Origin: Eubacteriales bacterium
Lineage (GTDB): Bacteria > Bacillota > Clostridia > Oscillospirales > CAG-272
Length of the DNA: 38,383 bases
Assembly (NCBI GenBank): GCA_045589215.1
Contig: JAZNOQ010000028.1
Coordinates: 1 to 38,383, forward strand
Reading direction: 5' to 3'
The notes under the pieces are model-generated. The model searched no databases, was not told the origin of the DNA, and was given only the letters and a program-made list of their open reading frames with translations. Position 1 is the stretch's first letter; every line of letters begins with the position of its first letter. Positions 27,030-36,260 of the stretch are shown piece after piece. A program made the translations under genes and the position numbers.

Positions 27030-28160
27030 TTATACCTCCCAGGGGAAGGTATACTTGAGACCGAGCTCGTTACGAACGGCCTCCATTTCCTTCTGAACCG
27101 ACTCGTTGATCGGAACACCGTACTCACGAGCGAGGCGAACCTCATATTCCTTCTCACCTGCGGAGTAGATGCGATCTGCACCGGGAGCCTTCTTTGCCGA
27201 GCGGACCTCACGGATGATGTCGCCTGCATTCTTACGGCAAGCGTCCTCGCCGAGGAAGTGATCCGTGTCGATCGCGATGAAGAAGTGGCCGAGGTGGAAC
27301 GGAACCTTCTCGCCATTCGCGCCCTTGCCCGAAAGAGCCTTGCCGTAGCTGCCGCCCTGAAGAGCCGCAGAAAGAAGCTCAACGAACATAGCGTAGCCGT
27401 AGCCCTTGTAGCCTGCGCCCTCTTCGCCGGGGCCGCCGAGCGTGCAGAGAGCTGCCTCGCCGCGTGCCATAGCCTTCAGAGCCTCGTCAGCGGTGCCGAC
27501 GAATGCCTCGCCCTGAGGATTTACAAGTGCGCCTGCGGGAGCGTCCTTACCGATACGGGCGTAGTACTCGAGCTTACCGTTCTGATAAGTAGAGGAAGCA
27601 CCGTCGAAGTTAAAGTCGAAGGGCTCGTCGGTGGGGACACCGAGCGTCAGGGGGTTCGTACCAAACATACCCTCAACACCGAAGGTAGGAGCAACGGTGG
27701 GGCGTGCGTTCGTACCGGTCAGACCGACACAGCCTGCCTCTGCTGCCATCGAGGTGTAGTAGCCTGCAATACCGTAGTGGCAGGAGTTGCGGACAACGAC
27801 CATACCCATACCGTACTTCTTCGCCTTTTCGATCGCCATCTTCATCGACTTGTAGCCGATGACCTGACCCATACCGTCGTGGCCGTCAACAACTGCGGTG
27901 GTCTCGGTCTCCTTGATGATCTCGAAGTTTGTTACGGGATTCTGGATCCCTGCCTTGATGCGGTCGAGGTAGACCGGCTTGAAACGGTTTACACCGTGGG
28001 ACTCAATGCCTCTCTTATCACTTTCGAGCAGGACGTCTGCGCAGATTTCTGCGTCCTCGCGGGGAATGCCGTAGCCGACGAAGGAGTCGATTACGAAATT
28101 CGTAATGGTATTCCAGTCGACAATGTTCTTCGGATTGTTAGCAGCAGGATTCGTTGCCAT
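27030..28160 (-). CDS. Ldh_2-family (malate/L-lactate/L-sulfolactate/ureidoglycolate-type) oxidoreductase
   Basis: SDKRGIESHGV, VDGHDGMGQ, RNSCHYG, FGTNP, GYKGYG, GHFFIAID, GEKE. Confidence 0.9.
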   Translation of the reverse strand: MATNPAANNPKNIVDWNTITNFVIDSFVGYGIPREDAEICADVLLESDKRGIESHGVNRFKPVYLDRIKAGIQNPVTNFEIIKETETTAVVDGHDGMGQVIGYKSMKMAIEKAKKYGMGMVVVRNSCHYGIAGYYTSMAAEAGCVGLTGTNARPTVAPTFGVEGMFGTNPLTLGVPTDEPFDFNFDGASSTYQNGKLEYYARIGKDAPAGALVNPQGEAFVGTADEALKAMARGEAALCTLGGPGEEGAGYKGYGYAMFVELLSAALQGGSYGKALSGKGANGEKVPFHLGHFFIAIDTDHFLGEDACRKNAGDIIREVRSAKKAPGADRIYSAGEKEYEVRLAREYGVPINESVQKEMEAVRNELGLKYTFPWEV

Positions 28161-28224
28161 TGTTTTAACACCTTTCGTAGTTCTGATTTTTTTGAGGAAT
28201 TTAGCACATCCTCATACAAATTTT

Positions 28225-28253
28225 ATTATATCACAAATTTTTCGGGATTGCAA
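28225..28253 (-). promoter_or_regulatory. Sigma-A promoter of the Ldh_2 gene
   Basis: TTGCAA-17 nt-TATAAT with TG extension. Confidence 0.75.
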
Positions 28254-28348
28254 GAGCATTATACAAGATTTCCCATTTGTTTTTCAAAAATCTTTTGTAT
28301 ATTTCGCCCCGTTCTCATCATTTTCAAACCCGTCCTCTTCTTTTCGTG

Positions 28349-28389
28349 AAAAAAGAAGGACCGCTCCGAAGGAAAAGCGAAGCGATCCT
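28349..28389 (-). terminator. Terminator after hpt and the membrane protein gene
   Basis: Minus strand AGGATCGCTTCG-9 nt-CGGAGCGGTCCT then TCTTTTTT. Confidence 0.75.
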
Positions 28390-28410
28390 GATTATTTACT
28401 TTTGGCGTGC

Positions 28411-28728
28411 TTACAGGCAGACGATAAAGAGCCACGCAAGAACTGCCGTAATGATCGCGGAGAACGAGATCGCGGGAAGCGCGAGCACGACCGCCACGAT
28501 CGAGGCGATAAAGACAACGATACCGAACACGCGGCACTTGTTCTTCTTCATGCCGAGAAGTCCGAAGATGCCCGCAAGAAGCATCAGCACTCCGACCGCC
28601 GCCGATGCGATCGCACCGACGTTCAGTGCGAGGATCGCCTTGACTGCAGAAACGGGCGAATAGATGCCCCAGATGATATAGATAATGCTGATCACGACAC
28701 GAAGGACGTTCTTTGTTCCCTTTTTCAT
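28411..28728 (-). CDS. Small hypothetical membrane protein (~4 TM)
   Basis: 105 aa, almost all hydrophobic with Lys-rich loops; RBS AAGGAG; 20 nt after hpt. Confidence 0.75.
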   Translation of the reverse strand: MKKGTKNVLRVVISIIYIIWGIYSPVSAVKAILALNVGAIASAAVGVLMLLAGIFGLLGMKKNKCRVFGIVVFIASIVAVVLALPAISFSAIITAVLAWLFIVCL

Positions 28729-28748
28729 AACAGTCGCTCCTTTTCCGT

Positions 28749-29306
28749 TCAGGCTTCCGAATCGTATTCGGCGATGTACGGCAGGTTTCTGTAATACTCA
28801 CCGCAGTCAAGCCCGTAGCCGATGACGAACAGATCGGGGATCGTAAAGAGCGTCATATCGGCGTTGAATTCGACAACGCGCCGATCAGGCTTATCAAGTA
28901 GCGTCACAACGCGCAGAGAAAGCGGATTACGCAGCTTCAGCATCGCAACGATATCGCGCAGAGTTCTGCCCGTGTCGATGATATCCTCGACGATGATCAC
29001 GTGATAGTTGCTGATGTCCCTGTCAAGATCCATCGTGATCTTGACGACACCCGTGGAGACCGTCCCCTGATAATAGCTCTTCGCGCACATAAAGCCGATC
29101 TCACACGGCACGGTGATCGCGCGGCAGAGGTCTGCCATAAACACGAACGCACCCTTGAGAATGCTGACGAGCAGGATCGGACGGCCGTCATACGACTCGC
29201 TGATCTTCTCCCCCGCGCGCTTGATCGCTTCTTTGATCTCGCTTTCGGTGATCAGAACTCGCTTGATCTTTTTGTTAAAATCCTCGACAGAGTAGATATT
29301 TTCCAT
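28749..29306 (-). CDS. hpt: Hypoxanthine phosphoribosyltransferase
   Basis: ILKGAFVFMADL, IIVEDIIDTGRTL PRPP motif, LLDKPDRR, FVIGYGLD...YRNLPYI. Confidence 0.95.
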   Translation of the reverse strand: MENIYSVEDFNKKIKRVLITESEIKEAIKRAGEKISESYDGRPILLVSILKGAFVFMADLCRAITVPCEIGFMCAKSYYQGTVSTGVVKITMDLDRDISNYHVIIVEDIIDTGRTLRDIVAMLKLRNPLSLRVVTLLDKPDRRVVEFNADMTLFTIPDLFVIGYGLDCGEYYRNLPYIAEYDSEA

Positions 29307-29338
29307 TTTTGACTCTCGCTTTCGTGAAGGATATTGTC

Positions 29339-29367
29339 ATTATAGCATATCCTTTGTCGAATTTCAA
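29339..29367 (-). promoter_or_regulatory. Sigma-A promoter of hpt
   Basis: TTGAAA-17 nt-TATAAT with TG extension. Confidence 0.75.
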
Positions 29368-29420
29368 GCACATTACGGAATTTTTTTGACATCCGCTTTT
29401 ACGTGCATCAAAAGACCTTT

Positions 29421-31664
29421 CTATCGAGGGGTTATGCAGAAGCAATAAGTCCCGTTTTCCCTACCTTCCTTTATGATCGTCATTTCACCAAAGTCAAAGG
29501 AACACGCGATTTCGTCCGGAACCTGTACGGTATATTCAAAGCAGTCGTCCTGCTTTTTCCACTTCACCGAGATCCTGCCGAACACAGTATCGTAATGGCC
29601 GCTTGCCGATGTGATACCTCCGCTTGTATCGAAAAACGGAGCGAAGGTCACCCTTCGGAAGCTTTCACCGACCGAGGGACGAATGCCGAGACAGTATTCG
29701 TACATCCATTCGGTGCACGAGCCGAAGGAATAGTGATTGAAGGAGTTCATTCCCGGACGGATACCGTTTTCAACGGTATAGCTGTCCCAATGCTCCCATA
29801 TGGTCGTGGCTCCGTTGATCACCGAATATCCCCAGCCGGGGAATTCGGTGCTTGTCAAGAGAGCATACGCAATATCCGACCTCCCGATGTCGCAAAGCGT
29901 GGGAAGGAGAAATTTGATCCCGAGGAAGCCCGTCGTGAGCTTTCCATGATCCTCCCTGAATTTGCGCACAAGATTCTTTGTGACCTCACCCTTGTCAATC
30001 ACTCCAAACTGATAGGCAATCACATAAAGGCTCTGCGTATCCGAACGGATCTTACCGTCTTCATCGATGAACTGCTTTCGGAACGCCGTCTTTACCCTTT
30101 CGTACAGATCGGCGTAGTACTCCTCCTCGGTATCTCCTATCACGCTACACATCCACTGTGCAAGCCTTGCGGCTCTGGCGTAATAGAGCGTGGAGACTGC
30201 CTCCTTGCTCGACGGCTTGCCGAGAGAAAGCCAATCTCCGTACGAGCCCTTCCCACTCCTGATCCCGTCAGGGCTTTCGGTCTCGTAATAGGCAAGAAGC
30301 TTTTTGACAGCAGGAAGATTGTCCCGTATCACCCTTTTGTCGCCGTACATAACGTAGTGGTCGTAAGGAATCTCCGCGATCGCCTCGCACCAGCCTGCCG
30401 CCGCGTCCCGCCCCGTATACGCGTAGCTTCCGACGGGAGGGACGGGGGCGACTGCGGGGATCACGCCGTTACCAAGCTGAGCGTCACGGATATCTGCAAG
30501 GTATTTTTCGTAAAACACCTTGCAGTCCATATTCCACATTGCACTCCCCGCAAAGATCTGCGCGTCGGCAGTCCATCCGAGCCGCTCGTCCCTTTGAGGA
30601 CAGTCGGTGGGGACGTTCAGGAAATTGTCCCTCTGTCCCCAAAGCGCGTTCTCGTATATTTTGTTGACGATCTCGTCAGAGCACGAAAACGAGCCCGTCG
30701 GGGTGAGATCCGAATACATCGCCTCGGCGGTAACGTCGCATATCTCCACATTGCCCGTTGTCGTGATCTCCGCATACTGAAAGCCGTGGTACGTAAAGAT
30801 CGGACGGAAGTGCTCTTCACCGTTCCCGCTGAGAATATAGGTGTCGGTCGCCTCTGCCTTACGAAGGTTCTCGGTGTACAGCATCCCGTCCTGCAGCAGC
30901 TCTCCGTGGCGTAAAACCACCTGTCCGCCCCTTTCTCCGCGAAATGCACAGGAAAGCACCCCCGCGATATTCTGCCCTACGTCGTAAAGATAGGCATTCC
31001 CGTTTTTCGAAACAAGCCTTGGTCTGAAAATATGCTTTGTAACGATAGGCGGCACCTTGACTTCATCAAGATACAGATTTCTCGAAAACTTAAAAACCGT
31101 TTCCTCGGCATAGTCCCACGCCGCGTCGTCGTAGTCGGGGGAAGAAAAGCTTCCGAGGTCAAATCTTCCGTCAACGTATTCGCCCATATAAATGTCGGAG
31201 CGCCTGATGGCTCCGTCCGTAGCGCGCCAGCTCTTATCGCTGCTGATCTCTTCTGTGTGACCGTCACGGTACTCGATCCGTATTAGTGCGGTAAATTCAA
31301 CACGGTCACTGTAGCCGCACCGCTTGAATGCATAATTCGAGCCGAGATGACCGACCGCCCAACCGTCGCCAAGAACCACGCCGATCGCGTTTTTTTCGGT
31401 CAGTCTGCCCGTAATATCGTAACGCACGAACGGAAGCTTCTTGCGGTAATCCACCCATCCCGGGGACAGATAATCGCTTGATACCGCTTCCCCGTTCAGA
31501 TACGCCTTGTACACTCCGAGCGCACTGACAAAAAGCGTTGCTCTTTCAACCTCTCCCGAGAGATCAAAAACTTTTCTGAAATACGGAGACGGATTTCCGT
31601 ATTTGTCGTCAGCCGATTTATATTCACCGGTTTGATACGTGATCCATTTTGAGTCAAAAATCAT
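29421..31664 (-). CDS. GH78 alpha-L-rhamnosidase (cytoplasmic)
   Basis: SALGVY, DVGQNIAG, FTYHGFQY, VPTDCPQRDERLGWTADAQ, YGDWL, TTGFLG, GATTIWEHWD, MNSFNHY; no signal peptide. Confidence 0.92.
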   Translation of the reverse strand: MIFDSKWITYQTGEYKSADDKYGNPSPYFRKVFDLSGEVERATLFVSALGVYKAYLNGEAVSSDYLSPGWVDYRKKLPFVRYDITGRLTEKNAIGVVLGDGWAVGHLGSNYAFKRCGYSDRVEFTALIRIEYRDGHTEEISSDKSWRATDGAIRRSDIYMGEYVDGRFDLGSFSSPDYDDAAWDYAEETVFKFSRNLYLDEVKVPPIVTKHIFRPRLVSKNGNAYLYDVGQNIAGVLSCAFRGERGGQVVLRHGELLQDGMLYTENLRKAEATDTYILSGNGEEHFRPIFTYHGFQYAEITTTGNVEICDVTAEAMYSDLTPTGSFSCSDEIVNKIYENALWGQRDNFLNVPTDCPQRDERLGWTADAQIFAGSAMWNMDCKVFYEKYLADIRDAQLGNGVIPAVAPVPPVGSYAYTGRDAAAGWCEAIAEIPYDHYVMYGDKRVIRDNLPAVKKLLAYYETESPDGIRSGKGSYGDWLSLGKPSSKEAVSTLYYARAARLAQWMCSVIGDTEEEYYADLYERVKTAFRKQFIDEDGKIRSDTQSLYVIAYQFGVIDKGEVTKNLVRKFREDHGKLTTGFLGIKFLLPTLCDIGRSDIAYALLTSTEFPGWGYSVINGATTIWEHWDSYTVENGIRPGMNSFNHYSFGSCTEWMYEYCLGIRPSVGESFRRVTFAPFFDTSGGITSASGHYDTVFGRISVKWKKQDDCFEYTVQVPDEIACSFDFGEMTIIKEGRENGTYCFCITPR

Positions 31665-31710
31665 CTACTGCTCTCCTCTGACTGTATGATGCTCGGTTTA
31701 CAAGGTCGGG

Positions 31711-32433
31711 CTATTTTCGGAACATCGTTGTTTCTTCCTTCTGAAGGCTTTGTGTGTCTCCCATAATCATATCGTACAGACTGTCCGCAAAAAGCCAATG
31801 CATTTCGGGAGTGGGATGATTGATCCTGTTTGCAAGCAGCATCGTGATATCCTGCGTTTTTGACAGCTCCTTCCAGGTTGAGTAGCAGTCACAAACAGCA
31901 ACCCCGGATCTCTCTGCCACCTCAATCGCCGCAGCAATGTACTTGTCCATTTTCCCGCTGTTTTGCATTTCGGCGGTTTTGATAGCGTAGCTGTAATGCT
32001 CCTTTGGGGTATCGTCCGCAACGTACGTATTGAGCATATTCGGGGTCATAAAAATAACGTCAAGTCCTGCACCGGTGCATCCCTTGAAGATGCTCTCAAG
32101 TGCCGTAAGATAGTCCTCAAGGCCACGGTTTACGTCGTTCAGCCCGAAGCATACGATCACGAGATCGGGCTCGTGAATGAGGACCTGACGCTCGAGCCGA
32201 GCGAGGGAGTCCTTTGCGGTCGTTCCGCCGATGGAGGCATTGATCATATTCACGGGGACGTACGAGCGGAATTGGTTCAGCTTTCTTCTCAGAAGATTCC
32301 AGTACACGCTTTCGTAATCAATATACCCGTTAAACGCGCCGTGCGATACGCTGTCTCCGAAAATTACGATGTTTATGGGGCCGTGCTCGGAAAGTCCGTG
32401 ACGGTCCATCATAATTTTATCCTTGATCTTCAT
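31711..32433 (-). CDS. SGNH/GDSL hydrolase (possible carbohydrate esterase)
   Basis: FGDSVSHG, NASIGG, FGLND, RINHP; RBS GGAG before ATG 32433. Confidence 0.85.
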   Translation of the reverse strand: MKIKDKIMMDRHGLSEHGPINIVIFGDSVSHGAFNGYIDYESVYWNLLRRKLNQFRSYVPVNMINASIGGTTAKDSLARLERQVLIHEPDLVIVCFGLNDVNRGLEDYLTALESIFKGCTGAGLDVIFMTPNMLNTYVADDTPKEHYSYAIKTAEMQNSGKMDKYIAAAIEVAERSGVAVCDCYSTWKELSKTQDITMLLANRINHPTPEMHWLFADSLYDMIMGDTQSLQKEETTMFRK

Positions 32434-32495
32434 AGCTCGATCTCCGTTTCCTGTTTTTCTGCTTTCAGGCACCTGACATACGGATGCAGACAAAT

Positions 32496-33500
32496 TCAAT
32501 TTGTCGTTACACCGTACGACGGCAGTCCGAAATACGCGAGGATCCCCTCGTAAATCCCCCGTGCAAAGCGCTCGGGATGCTCCGAAAGAAGCGCGGCGTC
32601 GCCCGCATTCGTAATAAAGCCCATTTCCACAAGTGCTGCAGGCATCGTGGTATTTTTCAGGACGCGCAACTCGGGACGGAGCTTCATGCCGCGGTCGGTA
32701 AGCCCCGTGGATGCGAGAACGCCCGCGAGGAGCTTACTGCCGAAGGCGTAGGACACACCGCCCTCCGATGCAACGAGAACCTCGATTCCGCTTGCGTCAA
32801 CGCTTTCGGCGGCGTTCGTATGTAAACTGATGAAATAATCCGCGCCCCAATCCGCAGCTCCCTGCACACGCGCGTCAAGGCTCGCATCATTGTCCGTTCC
32901 GAGGACGGTATCCTCGGTCGGGCGGGAGAGGCAGACCTCAAACCTTGCATCCTTTTCGAGCAGCTCTGCGAGCATATATCCGATGAGGAAGGTGATGTCC
33001 TGCTCGTAAAGCCCGTTTCCCTCCGCGCCCGAATTGTGACTCCCCGTTGGGTTGTGCCCTTGGTCTATGTAGATCCTGATCTTTCCCGAAATGCTGTTTT
33101 CAAGCTCCTTGATCTCATCCTCGAGCTTACTGATCTCAGCCTCTGCCGCAGTGTTTTGGCTTTCAAGTGCGTCTATTTCCTGTTCTGCCGCCGCGTTTCG
33201 GCTTTCAAGTGCATCGATCTCCTCCTCTGCCGCCGTGTTTCGGCTTTCAAGCGCGTCTATCTCCTGTTCTGCCGCCGTGTTTCGGCTTTCGAGCGCGTCG
33301 ATCTCAAGAAGCGCTTCGGAAAGCTCTGCTTTGATGGCTGAAAGCTCATCGGACGCGCTTGGTGTCACACATCCGACGAGGGACATAAGGCAAAGAAGCA
33401 CGGCACAGAAAACAGCGACCGCACGCATCCGCGTGCAGCTGCTCTGCGCCTGTTCGGTTCCCTTTTTGTTTGATGTTTTTTCGGATCTATGTTCGTTCAT
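32496..33500 (-). CDS. N-acetylmuramoyl-L-alanine amidase (Amidase_3) lipoprotein with N-terminal coiled-coil repeats
   Basis: IDQGH, LYE, SLHTNA, LRVLK, ALVEMGFITN zinc/catalytic motifs; lipobox LVGC; 14-aa repeats. Confidence 0.9.
   Translation of the reverse strand: MNEHRSEKTSNKKGTEQAQSSCTRMRAVAVFCAVLLCLMSLVGCVTPSASDELSAIKAELSEALLEIDALESRNTAAEQEIDALESRNTAAEEEIDALESRNAAAEQEIDALESQNTAAEAEISKLEDEIKELENSISGKIRIYIDQGHNPTGSHNSGAEGNGLYEQDITFLIGYMLAELLEKDARFEVCLSRPTEDTVLGTDNDASLDARVQGAADWGADYFISLHTNAAESVDASGIEVLVASEGGVSYAFGSKLLAGVLASTGLTDRGMKLRPELRVLKNTTMPAALVEMGFITNAGDAALLSEHPERFARGIYEGILAYFGLPSYGVTTN
33138..33305 (-). repeat. 4 x 42-bp coding tandem repeat (EIDALES[R/Q]N[T/A]AAE[Q/E/A])
   Basis: Near-identical 42-nt units visible in DNA and protein. 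Confidence 0.95.
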
Positions 33501-33524
33501 AATAAACCTGCCTTTCTGCCCTTG

Positions 33525-33602
33525 ATTATAGCATACCTATTGCAAAAAATCAACAGTTCAACCACAAATTGATTGACACTTTTCCCCTTTTAATGCTATA
33601 AT
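33525..33602. promoter_or_regulatory. Back-to-back sigma-A promoters
   Basis: Minus: TTGATT-17-TATAAT (33553-33525). Plus: TTGACA-18-TATAAT (33573-33602). Both have TG extension. Confidence 0.72.
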
Positions 33603-33692
33603 AAAAAAACAGAGCAGCCGAACATACAATATCGACGCTCAGGATGCAAAATGATATTGCTCCGAAACTTATCAACCGGGAGATATATAACA

Positions 33693-35810
33693 ATGGATAC
33701 TGTATTTACCGTATTGGGCGACAATTATTCGGTAAGGATCGCTTGTGACAAGCATTCCGCACGGATCGACGGCGGTCGGTTCGGGAGCATCGGGATCGAA
33801 GCCTGCGACGTTTTCAAGGCAAGACTAAAAAATCCGAACAGCGGAGAGCTGCGCGAGATCGGAAGCACTACGGCTTGGAAAACGGTCCGTCTCATTCGAT
33901 ACGACGAATCCTTCAAGCTGTACTTCTCCGATCCCGACGGTGTCGACGCAATCACGTTTGTCCTTGAGGGGATCCATAACAACACGGGAATCTCATGGAG
34001 CGTATCGGTAATCAACGATAACCTTGAATGGTCGGTTTTCGATGTCAATTATCCGATCCCGAGCTTAAAGGCAGAGCACTTTGACCTCTTCGTGCCCGAC
34101 GGATGCGGTCTCGTCGTAAAGGATGCAGGATGTAAAGGCTACAAAAACAAGCGCAGATACCCCGGCGGTTACATCACAATGCAATATTTTGCGGTATATA
34201 ACGACGAGGGCGGTGTCTATCTCGGCATTGAGGACGGAAAGGGCTCCACAAAGGAATTTACCCTTTCGGCGGAGAACGGAAGCCTCGAGATCATTCCAAG
34301 ATTTTACGGCATAAACGCATCCTCCCCGGCGAACAGCTTCTCTCTCGCAGGAAGCTGCCGTTGGGAATATATCAAGGACGGCTGGTACGATGCAACGATG
34401 CTTTATGCATCATTCGTCAGAACGCACGCCGATTGGCTTCCGAAGATCGAAAAGGACGGACGGCCCGACACCGCAAAGCACTTCAAGGAGATCCCGTTCT
34501 GGATCTGTGATTACGTTCCGAACAGCCCCACGCAGGGAAACAATAAGCCGATGAGCCTCAGCGCGGGAAGTGATCTGTATGACAGGGATTATTGGATAAC
34601 GGCAGCGATAGAACTGCAAAAACGCCTCGGTGTGCCCGTTGCGTATCACATATATAATTGGCACGAGATCCCGTTTAACATCGAATATCCTCATTTCCTG
34701 CCTGCAAAAAAGGAATTCATCGAGGGGGCAAAGAGGCTCAGAGAGCATCCGATCTACGTCTTCCCCTATATCAACGCGGGAAGCTGGGAAATTCACGACG
34801 CGGAAATGGGACATCCCGAAAACTTCGAGAACGTCGGAAAGCACGGCGCGGCACTGAAGATCGACGGTAGCTACGTGCTTGAGCGTTACCCGCAAACAAC
34901 TCTGAAGGGGGAAACCTCTCTCCTCGCAAATATGTGTCCCTCGTCTCACGAATGGCAGACCACCGTCTGTCAACTCGTCAGAGAGATGGAGGAAACCCTT
35001 CCGATCGACGGCATTTATTTCGATCAGATCGGTGCAATTCCCTCGTCCCCCTGCTTTAACGCTGCTCACGGTCATCTTCCGGGCGGCGGATCTCATTGGG
35101 CGGAGGGCTACCGACTTTTGATGGAAAAGGTGAGTGCGGGAAAGCCGGATGACTTCTTTTATTTCACCGAGGACAACGCCGAGACCTATACGAAAAGCTT
35201 TGACGGCTTTTTGTCCTGGTATTGGGTGAGAAACGGACAAGTTCCCGCCTTCCCTGCGATCTACGCAGGATATATCGAGATGATGGGCAGATGTACCATT
35301 GGAAAGAAAAAGGAAGATTATGACTTCTTCAAGTTCCAGACCGCAGAATCCCTTCTCTTCGGTCAACAGCTCGGATGGCACAAGGCTGACATCATTTACG
35401 ACGAAAAGAGAATGGCTTTTTTAACGAAAGCGGTACAACTAAGATATCGACTCACCGAGCTTTTCCACGTATCGGAGCTTTTGAGACCTCCTGCGGTCAA
35501 AAAGACTGTTCCCCCGAAGATCACGCCTCCTGCACTGAGCCATAAGGACGAGATCACAATGGAGCAGATCTCGGCGGGTGCTTGGAGATATCGGAACGGA
35601 GAGAAGCTTGTGCTGATCGCTTACAACATCGCGGAAACCGACGAAGCCTTCACGCTCAGCTTCTCCGCAGAGGAATACGGACTTGACGCGTACAAGCTTC
35701 CCGAGGAGTTTGTGATCGAAAACGGCATCTGCTCGGTTTCAGGTGTCATTCCCGCAGAGAGCTTTCAGGTTTGGGAATTGACGCAAAAGGATCACGCCCA
35801 CCTCGCATAA
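33693..35810 (+). CDS. DUF6259-like putative glycoside hydrolase ((beta/alpha)8 core)
   Basis: YPGGYITMQYFAVY, HIYNWH...YPHFLP, PYING-like PYINA, MCP, DGIYFDQIG, CF-x3-HGHLPGGG, TEDNAE; RBS GGGAG before ATG 33693 (alternative start 33651). Confidence 0.65.
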   Translation: MDTVFTVLGDNYSVRIACDKHSARIDGGRFGSIGIEACDVFKARLKNPNSGELREIGSTTAWKTVRLIRYDESFKLYFSDPDGVDAITFVLEGIHNNTGISWSVSVINDNLEWSVFDVNYPIPSLKAEHFDLFVPDGCGLVVKDAGCKGYKNKRRYPGGYITMQYFAVYNDEGGVYLGIEDGKGSTKEFTLSAENGSLEIIPRFYGINASSPANSFSLAGSCRWEYIKDGWYDATMLYASFVRTHADWLPKIEKDGRPDTAKHFKEIPFWICDYVPNSPTQGNNKPMSLSAGSDLYDRDYWITAAIELQKRLGVPVAYHIYNWHEIPFNIEYPHFLPAKKEFIEGAKRLREHPIYVFPYINAGSWEIHDAEMGHPENFENVGKHGAALKIDGSYVLERYPQTTLKGETSLLANMCPSSHEWQTTVCQLVREMEETLPIDGIYFDQIGAIPSSPCFNAAHGHLPGGGSHWAEGYRLLMEKVSAGKPDDFFYFTEDNAETYTKSFDGFLSWYWVRNGQVPAFPAIYAGYIEMMGRCTIGKKKEDYDFFKFQTAESLLFGQQLGWHKADIIYDEKRMAFLTKAVQLRYRLTELFHVSELLRPPAVKKTVPPKITPPALSHKDEITMEQISAGAWRYRNGEKLVLIAYNIAETDEAFTLSFSAEEYGLDAYKLPEEFVIENGICSVSGVIPAESFQVWELTQKDHAHLA

Positions 35811-35826
35811 ACGCTTTTCTTAGTAA

Positions 35827-35871
35827 AAAGGAGAAGCATCAACGGCTACGTACCGAAGATGCTTCTTCTTT
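35827..35871 (+). terminator. Terminator after the DUF6259-like gene
   Basis: AAAGGAGAAGCATC...GATGCTTCTTCTTT. Confidence 0.65.
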
Positions 35872-35999
35872 CTCGCAATACGAAAGCCCGAACAGGCTCG
35901 ATATCAGAAAGTTCTCGTGCGGCATCGTTGCTCCGCGCCGAGTATAGATGCACCGCGAAGAAAATCGAATAAAAAGCAAGAATTTTTTTCAAAAAGCTC

Positions 36000-36028
36000 T
36001 TGACAAGCGTTTACAACTGTGGTATAAT
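36000..36028 (+). promoter_or_regulatory. Consensus sigma-A promoter of the tRNA
   Basis: TTGACA-17 nt-TATAAT, TG extension, A/T-rich UP region. Confidence 0.9.
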
Positions 36029-36043
36029 ATCTCCCGTTGACGA

Positions 36044-36116
36044 TGCGGCATCGCCAAGCGGTAAGGCAACGGACTCTGACTCCGTCATTACCTAGGTTCG
36101 AATCCTAGTGCCGCAG
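36044..36116 (+). tRNA. tRNA-Gln(CUG), CCA not encoded
   Basis: Acceptor TGCGGCA/TGCCGCA+G, D arm GCC-AAGCGGTAA-GGC, anticodon arm ACGGA-CT CTG AC-TCCGT, T arm CTAGG-TTCGAAT-CCTAG. Confidence 0.96.
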
Positions 36117-36160
36117 TATAAAAATAAAGGAGTGCTTTTGCACTCCTTTATTTTTATATT
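36117..36160 (+). terminator. 19-bp perfect hairpin terminator directly after the tRNA
   Basis: TATAAAAATAAAGGAGTGC-TTTT-GCACTCCTTTATTTTTATA. Confidence 0.85.
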
Positions 36161-36215
36161 TCGGGACCGGGCAGCGCGAGCCTATGCAAGGTGCAAGAAA
36201 AAAAGAATTTCAGGA

Positions 36216-36255
36216 AAGAATACGGTATATCTCGAAAGAGGTATACCGTATTCTT
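36216..36255. terminator. 18-bp hairpin/terminator at the end of the AraC gene
   Basis: AAGAATACGGTATATCTC-GAAA-GAGGTATACCGTATTCTT, T-runs on both sides. Confidence 0.75.
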
Positions 36256-36260
36256 GCTTT

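Noticed and set aside
28170-28245. Possible Rex operator in the Ldh_2 promoter/leader
   Set aside because: Best candidate has about five mismatches to TTGTGAA-N4-TTCACAA.
33138-33305. Regular repeats as a possible CRISPR array
   Set aside because: Head-to-tail 42-bp units with no unique spacers, in frame within a CDS, and no cas genes.
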